From contig JAVJQW010000047.1 of NCBI GenBank assembly GCA_040218735.1, positions 79,934 to 143,933 on the forward strand: a stretch of DNA of 64,000 nucleotides. The letters run 5' to 3'. The notes below the pieces were generated by a model. The model was not told where the DNA came from. It searched no databases and saw nothing but the letters and a program-made list of their open reading frames with translations. Source of the DNA: Deltaproteobacteria bacterium (GTDB taxonomy: Bacteria > Myxococcota > Kuafuiibacteriia > Kuafuiibacteriales > Kuafuiibacteriaceae). Position numbers and translations under genes: made by a program. Within the stretch, counting starts at the first letter, position 1. The number at the start of each line of letters is the position of its first letter. Below are positions 58,229-64,000 of the stretch, piece after piece.

Positions 58229-58705
58229 ATGACTGCCAGGAGACAAGCTCGGAAACGTTTCCACGACTTCTTTGCCAACTCCTCTATCGTTCAACGCGCG
58301 GGATTTGTCAGGGTCGCCACACCGCGCGGACTCGGCGGTTCCCGCTTCTTCACGCGGAGCTTGGGCACCGGATTCCTTCACCTCGAGATCCAGATCGACG
58401 ATCTTGTCGTCATCGCGCGTGCTGCTATCTCCGAGAAACAAGTACGCGACATCGATCCAATTGCTGCAGGGATCCCTGAGCCCTGGCCGCCGAAGCAGCC
58501 ATGCGACTACTTCTTCCATTTCCATGCCCTCACGTCGAACACCACCAGCCCCTGGAGGATCGGCCTCGCCTTGCTCGACGACCGATCGTTACAGCGGCTC
58601 TCCTCGCGGATTATCGAGGCCGTGAACAACATCGTTCTCCCCGAAGCAAAGCGTCTGCTTGAGCCATCTATCGATGCTCCCTCCGTAGCCCCCGAGGAGC
58701 CATAG
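58229..58705 (+). CDS. cassette 6: hypothetical protein
   Basis: GAGG RBS; ORF fills the cassette. Confidence 0.5.
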   Translation: MTARRQARKRFHDFFANSSIVQRAGFVRVATPRGLGGSRFFTRSLGTGFLHLEIQIDDLVVIARAAISEKQVRDIDPIAAGIPEPWPPKQPCDYFFHFHALTSNTTSPWRIGLALLDDRSLQRLSSRIIEAVNNIVLPEAKRLLEPSIDAPSVAPEEP

Positions 58706-58790
58706 GCTGTCCGAGAGACCTCCGAGCACGATGCCTTCAAGGACCTGGGAGTGAGGCAACCAAACCCCAACGCTTGCGCTCGTGCGCGCC

Positions 58791-58854
58791 ACCCAACATG
58801 ATGATGAAGACGGACAGGGGCTTCGCCCCTGCCGCTTATCATCGGGTGTTGGGC
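58791..58854 (+). repeat. attC 6
   Basis: ACCCAAC...GTTGGGC. Confidence 0.92.
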
Positions 58855-58929
58855 AGACGGACCGAGACCTCTAGCCCATTCCAATTCCAATGGTTGACGT
58901 GAGCGATCTCTCGGGAAGGAACGCGATGT

Positions 58930-59337
58930 ATGGGAGATACGATTTGGGTCCAGACCAACGACAACGGACTCGCCGACGGCGACGACTACGATCACAGCTT
59001 CATGGTTCGCCTCGAGAAACCCCTTGAGCGCATCGCGAAGGACGCGGGACTCGATCCTCTTTCGGTGTTCTACGATGGCACAGCCATGGAGGAAGCCTAC
59101 GCGGACGAGTTCGGAGACGATCTGCCGCGTTCCGAACCCAATTGGTCTGATGCGAAGGTCGGCCTTGCGGTGATTACTAAGCTGTCAAAGGTGATCTCCG
59201 ACGACCCGGCGAAGCTGGGCGCATCCGTCGACCAGCCGTCGGTTTCGCGACTGGTCGAAGAACTTGAGCACGCGAAGAAGGTATTGAGGAGCGCAGTAAG
59301 GAAGAAGCGACAGTTCCGACTCCTGCTTGTCCCGTGA
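58930..59337 (+). CDS. cassette 7: acidic hypothetical protein
   Basis: AAGGA RBS; globular composition. Confidence 0.65.
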   Translation: MGDTIWVQTNDNGLADGDDYDHSFMVRLEKPLERIAKDAGLDPLSVFYDGTAMEEAYADEFGDDLPRSEPNWSDAKVGLAVITKLSKVISDDPAKLGASVDQPSVSRLVEELEHAKKVLRSAVRKKRQFRLLLVP

Positions 59338-59391
59338 CGACCTCAAGGCCTCCAAGTGTACTCCGCTCCGAGGTGGTTGCCGATGCGCGCT

Positions 59392-59453
59392 GCCCAACAG
59401 GATGATGAAGACGGACGGGGCTTCGCCCCGCCGCTTATCATCGGGTGTTGGGT
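59392..59453 (+). repeat. attC 7
   Basis: GCCCAAC...GTTGGGT. Confidence 0.92.
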
Positions 59454-59936
59454 GGACAACCTCGAGCCGCCGGAAGGAATGGCCCCGCTTTTTCATCTTG
59501 CGCGAGGTCGAGTTTGCTTGCTGCTCGACCTATCCCAGAGTGCAGCTCCCATTCTGACGGCGGACCTCGTCGAGCGAATGTCTCGGGCCCGCTCACCGAA
59601 CGCCGAGAAGAAGCCGCACGGCCCGACCTCGCCGTTGAGCCATCCTCGGCGAGCACAGTGCACCACCACGGCCCATCTCCCATGATGGTCCAAACCGCCG
59701 AGGCGCGCGCGCGGAGCACAGCGCCAACTGCCACCGCGAAGCCACGAGCGAACGCCGACAGCGCGCATTCCCCACGAGGATGAGGCCCAAGTACCTGAGC
59801 TCGAAGACGGCGAGCTCCAGGGAGGAGCTTTTCGTAGCGGACCTCGACCGACCCGAGCTGCTATCATCCACCGCCGAGCCACCCAACAGAATGATGAAGA
59901 CGGACGGGGCTTCGCCCCGCCGCTTATCATCTGGTG
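59448..59936 (+). other. cassette 8: apparently ORF-less, family B
   Basis: Ends homologous to cassettes 10 and 12; TGcTATCAT at 59859-59867. Confidence 0.55.
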
Positions 59937-59942
59937 TTCGGC
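59881..59942 (+). repeat. attC 8
   Basis: ACCCAAC...GTTCGGC. Confidence 0.9.
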
Positions 59943-60003
59943 GGACGAACCGGGGCCCCTCGCCCATTCCATCTCGGCTCACGGCGCGAGCCGCAGTATA
60001 GTA

Positions 60004-60360
60004 ATGACCATGCGAGGCGACCTGAACTACTACCTCATCATCAGGAACCTGGTTCTCGGCCTCGCTCTCTTCCTCGGCGTGCCGCTGATCCTCAATCTCG
60101 GCGGACTCTTTGTCTGGACGGTCTTCTTCGGCAATCCGCCCTCGTTCTTCTCCGGGCTGACCTTTGCCGTTGCCGGACTGTCATACATCGTAGCTTTCGG
60201 GGGATTCTCGTTCGCCTGGGTCCTCAACGAAGACCAGCAGCGTAGAGACTTCCGTATCAACGAACTCGAATCGAAGATCGTACTGCTCGAGTCTGCGCTT
60301 GAGAAGATAGAACGGGCGTCGGAGGCTAGCTCGAGCGGAAGCCGCATCGTTCCCCTGTAG
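60004..60360 (+). CDS. cassette 9: two-TM membrane protein with coiled-coil tail
   Basis: Two hydrophobic helices; INELESKI..LE heptads. Confidence 0.65.
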   Translation: MTMRGDLNYYLIIRNLVLGLALFLGVPLILNLGGLFVWTVFFGNPPSFFSGLTFAVAGLSYIVAFGGFSFAWVLNEDQQRRDFRINELESKIVLLESALEKIERASEASSSGSRIVPL

Positions 60361-60422
60361 AGACCCGTCGAGGACCGGGAAACGTGATAGGAGACATGTC
60401 GAATGCGGTGCCAATGCGCGCC

Positions 60423-60485
60423 GCCGAACAAGATGCTCAAGGCTGACGGGGGCTTCGCCCCGCAGCTTAGCATCGCGTGTTGGGT
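60423..60485 (+). repeat. attC 9 (divergent, compensatory L-box changes)
   Basis: GCCGAAC...GCTCAAG/CTTAGC...GTTGGGT. Confidence 0.9.
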
Positions 60486-61001
60486 AGACAACCTCCAACG
60501 GCCCGTGAAGATGTCATGGTTTTCGGGAACACGAGTGTCCGAGCTTCCTGGCCAGAACGTGGCCCGACAGGGCAGTGCGAACACTGGTGAGCGAGGTGCC
60601 GACCAGTCCCGCGCGAGACGCCCCGTGCAGCCCGAACGCCGCACCCCGAAGGACGGACATCCCCGGCGAACGTCCATCCAGCGCGCGACCGAATCTCGGA
60701 TCCAACTTCGCCCCGCCGCATCTCCCGCGCGCGACAACCAGCCCACTCCAACCCACAAGCCACGCGCAACCGCCGCAGCGCACGCGGCCTCGCAGAGCAC
60801 CAACTCGCATAGGGCCTCAAAGAATCGCGCTGCAGACCCACTCGACGCCGCGGACCACGAATCAATCCTAAAGTGGAACGACGTGAAGAGCTCATCGGTG
60901 CAGACCTCGAGCCACCGCACCTGCTATCATCCACCGCAGAGCTACCCAACAGGATGATGAAGACGGACAGGGGCTTCGCCCCTGCCGCTTATCATCGGGT
61001 G
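60480..61001 (+). other. cassette 10: family B (only a low-complexity ORF, 60511-60957)
   Basis: Ends homologous to cassettes 8 and 12; TGcTATCAT at 60922-60930. Confidence 0.5.
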
Positions 61002-61007
61002 TTGGGT
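60944..61007 (+). repeat. attC 10
   Basis: ACCCAAC...GTTGGGT. Confidence 0.92.
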
Positions 61008-61080
61008 GGACCTACCGCCGTAGAACCGCATCTTTCAACGATGTCGTTGACATCTGGTCGTCAAAGAACAGAATAGAAGC

Positions 61081-61617
61081 ATGAATGCAAGCGGATATTT
61101 CAAGACATGGGCTGTAACGCTCCTAATTGCAGTCGTGTATGCTGTCTTTCTGATCCCGGTCGCGCTCCTTCCCCTGGATTCGGCATTTGCTAGCCAGAGC
61201 GAAATCTCAAAGGACCAAGTCATTGCGATCGCCCGCATCATAGTATTTGTCTCCGTCTTGCCAATCGTTCCACTGATTGCTGTCCTCTTTGGCGGCGCAG
61301 GCGGTGTCATCGCCGGTACCGCTGCCGAAGGCATCGGGGCGAAAGCAGAGCGCCGGGCGAGGCTTTGGTCTGGCAGATATGGCATCGTTCGGTCGCTCGC
61401 TCTGAGCCTATTCTTCTTCGTCTTCACTCCTCTCAAGTCCGAAAGTCTCTCACATGACTGGGGAACGATGACGGCCCCGCACATCTTGGGGTACCTGGTC
61501 CTCTTGACGTCCGTTATCCCCTTCGCTGCCTGGTACTTCGCAAGACCCGAAGGCTCGACCGGCTTCTGGTATAGTTCTGTGCGAAATGGAGTAGATTCAT
61601 CCGGCCACCCAACATGA
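61081..61617 (+). CDS. cassette 11: four-TM membrane protein
   Basis: Lower GC; four hydrophobic segments; stop inside attC 11. Confidence 0.6.
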   Translation: MNASGYFKTWAVTLLIAVVYAVFLIPVALLPLDSAFASQSEISKDQVIAIARIIVFVSVLPIVPLIAVLFGGAGGVIAGTAAEGIGAKAERRARLWSGRYGIVRSLALSLFFFVFTPLKSESLSHDWGTMTAPHILGYLVLLTSVIPFAAWYFARPEGSTGFWYSSVRNGVDSSGHPT

Positions 61618-61668
61618 TGATGAAGACTGACGGGGCTTCGCCCCGCAGCTTATCATCGGGTGTTGGGC
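61607..61668 (+). repeat. attC 11
   Basis: ACCCAAC...GTTGGGC. Confidence 0.92.
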
Positions 61669-62117
61669 CGACTGCCTCGAACCTCCGATATTGATGGACC
61701 TTCTTGGAGAATGCGCGACGCGTCGTCGTCGGGAGATCATTCCGGGACTGAAATTGCCGTTCAGCTACTGCCGTTGGGAGCCCCGTCGTGGGGCCATGCC
61801 GCCGTGCCGCGGTCTCAGCGAGCTGCCCACTCGAGCGAACCCCGAGGCGAGCAAGGTCCACGCCGCCGTTGCGTGCCCTCATGCGAGCGCACAGACCCTC
61901 CTCTCTCGAACGCCCCCAGCAGCCTCTCCCAACGCATCGCCACGGCACGACCGCCACCCTGAGCCAAAGACACCGCCGTGCGGGGCCGCGCAGCGTCCCA
62001 AAGGACCAACTTGCGGAAGACCTCGACCAACCGAATCCGCGATCATCCAACGCAGAGCGGCCCAACATGATGATGAAGACGGACAGGGGCTTCGCCCCTG
62101 CCGCTTATCATCGGGTG
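61663..62117 (+). other. cassette 12: apparently ORF-less, family B
   Basis: Ends homologous to cassettes 8 and 10; the only long ORF runs through the attC. Confidence 0.5.
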
Positions 62118-62123
62118 TTGGGC
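62060..62123 (+). repeat. attC 12
   Basis: GCCCAAC...GTTGGGC. Confidence 0.92.
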
Positions 62124-62173
62124 AGACCAATGCGGAGAGCGTGTTCTCCACCTCGAAGCGCGGTAGGTAGGGC

Positions 62174-62644
62174 ATGGGCCTTCGCGAAGGGAGTTTCGGT
62201 CGGATGAGGGCAAAATATGTCGAGTTACAAATCGTCTCGCGCTCCGACGAACAACGCATCGGATCGGACTTCCGCGTCGGCCGCATCCTGCTCGCCAAGC
62301 ATTTTCGCGCCTCCCAAATTGCATCGATCGACGTGGATCCTAGATTCGCACGCCAGCTCTTGCTTCGGGAGGAATCCGACTTCGCCTCGGGGAGAGTGCC
62401 CCTGTTCGTATGCGAGTGTTGTGCGGATCTCGAATGCGGTGCGCTCACCGTCGCGGTTGAGCGGAGAGACCAAGCGATCCTCTGGAGGGACTTTGGCTAT
62501 GAAGGTCACGACGGACGGACGCCCACCGCGAGCGATGAGATAACGCGAACCGGCCCGTTCGTGTTCGACCGCGTACAGTACGACTCCGTCCTCACTACGT
62601 ATGCGAAAACGAGAAAGAGTTGCTCAGGGACTGGCCAACGATGA
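62174..62644 (+). CDS. cassette 13: Cys-cluster hypothetical protein
   Basis: R.PLFVC.CC.D..CG...V.......W.DF...GPF.FD..QY pattern; start uncertain. Confidence 0.6.
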   Translation: MGLREGSFGRMRAKYVELQIVSRSDEQRIGSDFRVGRILLAKHFRASQIASIDVDPRFARQLLLREESDFASGRVPLFVCECCADLECGALTVAVERRDQAILWRDFGYEGHDGRTPTASDEITRTGPFVFDRVQYDSVLTTYAKTRKSCSGTGQR

Positions 62645-62657
62645 GATGATGCGGGCT

Positions 62658-62719
62658 GCCCAACATGATGATGAAGACGGACGGGGCTTCGCCCCGCCGC
62701 TTATCATCGGGTGTTCGGC
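62658..62719 (+). repeat. attC 13
   Basis: GCCCAAC...GTTCGGC. Confidence 0.92.
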
Positions 62720-62771
62720 GGGCCAGAGTCACAGCCAAAGAGCTTTGAAGTTCCGGGTCCTCGGCGTGCCT

Positions 62772-63353
62772 CTATGGGTTTACGACCACGAGATCGGCTC
62801 CAGGAGTGCCCGGGCACTGCCGAACCTTGATAATCCACGTGACGTAGTACGTTGCTGGTCGCGATCTGTGGTTGTGGCTTCCGGACCACTTAACAGGATG
62901 GCTGTGGTAATCGCCTTGCGATCCGAACTGGGCGCGCTCCCGTCCATTGCTCTCCTTCCCGACGTCGGAGGTGGCTCGAACATCAATGTTCACCTTGGTA
63001 TCTTCGGTGCGCGGCTGGCCTTCGAATCGCCCAGTCAGCGGAATGGGAGGACTACTCTGCAATCTTCTCCATCCAGCGAGGTATCGCGCATTCTGCTTTC
63101 CTCGGTTGAGATTAGGGACGATTACATTGTAGGCAGGCGTAGCACCTTGCGCGGGGATTCTAACTGTCTGACCATTCGCTCGTACCCAGCAATCACCACG
63201 AAATCTCGAGGCGGCGTTAAGGGTTCCCCGATGACCGCTGTAGATCGCCTCATCCCAGGCCATAATGGAACCCACAGGCGGAGCTTCGGCAAGCACCGGA
63301 GAGGAATGAGCGAGGACGCCAAACAGGATGATGTAAGCGAAGGATCGATTCAT
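62772..63353 (-). CDS. cassette 14 (antisense): secreted protein with phage tail-collar-like domain
   Basis: Signal ..SPVLA; PVGSIMAW...W..ANGQ...PNL...RP....V.WIIK. Confidence 0.6.
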   Translation of the reverse strand: MNRSFAYIILFGVLAHSSPVLAEAPPVGSIMAWDEAIYSGHRGTLNAASRFRGDCWVRANGQTVRIPAQGATPAYNVIVPNLNRGKQNARYLAGWRRLQSSPPIPLTGRFEGQPRTEDTKVNIDVRATSDVGKESNGRERAQFGSQGDYHSHPVKWSGSHNHRSRPATYYVTWIIKVRQCPGTPGADLVVVNP

Positions 63354-63483
63354 AGTGGAGTTACTACCCGCGGACCAACATATCTGCAAGGGATGGGCAC
63401 GATCGCGCGATGAGCAGTGGTATGTGTCAACAATCCTTAGACCTCAGGAGACCCGATCTGGGGCATTTGCGAGAGCGACGGCC

Positions 63484-63544
63484 GCCGAACATGATGATGA
63501 AGACGGACGGGCTTCGCCCTGCCGCTTATCATCGGGTGTTGGAT
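63484..63544 (+). repeat. attC 14
   Basis: GCCGAAC...GTTGGAT. Confidence 0.9.
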
Positions 63545-63896
63545 GGACGCGCCGCAGGGTGCGTACCCTCGAACAACCCCATTAACTTTGCGCAGAAGGG
63601 CTGCTGGTTTGGCCGTGCTGGTGCGAACTCATCGTCTCGATCGACTCGCCGAGGACGCGCGGGCGCCCGGGGGGGCAGCGAACGCTGCTCGAGCCCGGAG
63701 CGCCGGCACAGCCAGCGCGCGCGGCGGCCGGACACTTCGTGCCTAATGGCGATAACTTGTGCCCGGCCTACGCGGGCAGGAGCTCGGCGTCGCCTGGCGC
63801 CTTGCCCCGCCCGCTCACGCTTGCGATTATGCGTGCGCCATCCAACAGGATGATGAAGCCGGACGGGGCTACGCCCCGCCGCTTATCATCATAGTG
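63539..63896 (+). other. cassette 15: apparently ORF-less, family A (near-duplicate of cassette 4)
   Basis: 358 bp; about a dozen substitutions versus cassette 4; TTGCCC-N17-GATTAT. Confidence 0.65.
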
Positions 63897-63902
63897 TTGG
63901 AT
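63840..63902 (+). repeat. attC 15
   Basis: ATCCAAC...TAC loop...GTTGGAT. Confidence 0.9.
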
Positions 63903-64000
63903 GGACAGGGGCCCGAGTCGATCTTCGATTCCGAAACTGAGATAGCGTGAGCGTCGATGTGTGTACTGCGTGTTGCCGGAGACGACCTCCGTCCTGACGA

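Larger units (their letters stand above)
54243..64000 (+). mobile_element. chromosomal integron, integrase co-oriented upstream of array; 15 complete cassettes, continues beyond window
   Basis: intI, 15 attC sites and self-complementary cassette ends. Confidence 0.93.

Noticed and set aside
57325-63853. ORFs beginning MMMKTD... inside attC as real proteins
   Set aside because: They arise from the ATGATGATG of the repeat, cross cassette boundaries and vary in frame
55964-63902. Repeat array as CRISPR or REP/MITE
   Set aside because: Repeats are 61-64 bp, separated by about 300-760 bp that often contain genes, have R/L-box geometry and follow an IntI; no cas genes or target duplications
1-64000. 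tRNA, rRNA or IS elements
   Set aside because: No cloverleaf, rRNA-like or transposase signatures recognised

Overview
High-GC (~70%) bacterial DNA with Myxococcota-like hallmarks: an FHA/sigma54 activator, Ser/Thr kinases, a MYXO-CTERM-type tail and many lipoproteins. Positions 1-54.2 kb are chromosomal backbone: GNAT, nitroreductase, an ECF/FecR/dockerin module, a namZ-linked cluster containing a lipoprotein with a RelA/SpoT-type synthetase fold, larBC, thiL, a kinase-STAND-TPR with an ECF sigma, a GH13 glucosidase, an ArnT-like transferase, a large Ig-repeat adhesin, a di-heme cytochrome, a Mo-oxidoreductase and an O-methyltransferase. From 54.2 kb to the window end lies a chromosomal integron with 'reverse' architecture. 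intI is co-oriented with and upstream of the array, followed by a likely attI core at 55432, 15 short homogeneous attC sites (61-64 bp), 15 complete cassettes and the start of a 16th. Unusual points: (i) cassette-end complementarity extends to 9 bp plus a conserved bulged base outside the R box; (ii) five cassettes lack a credible ORF, fall into two families, end in promoter-like motifs and partly alternate with gene cassettes; (iii) a Myxococcus-type LexA box overlaps the intI promoter. All calls come from reading motifs by eye; no database searches were run.
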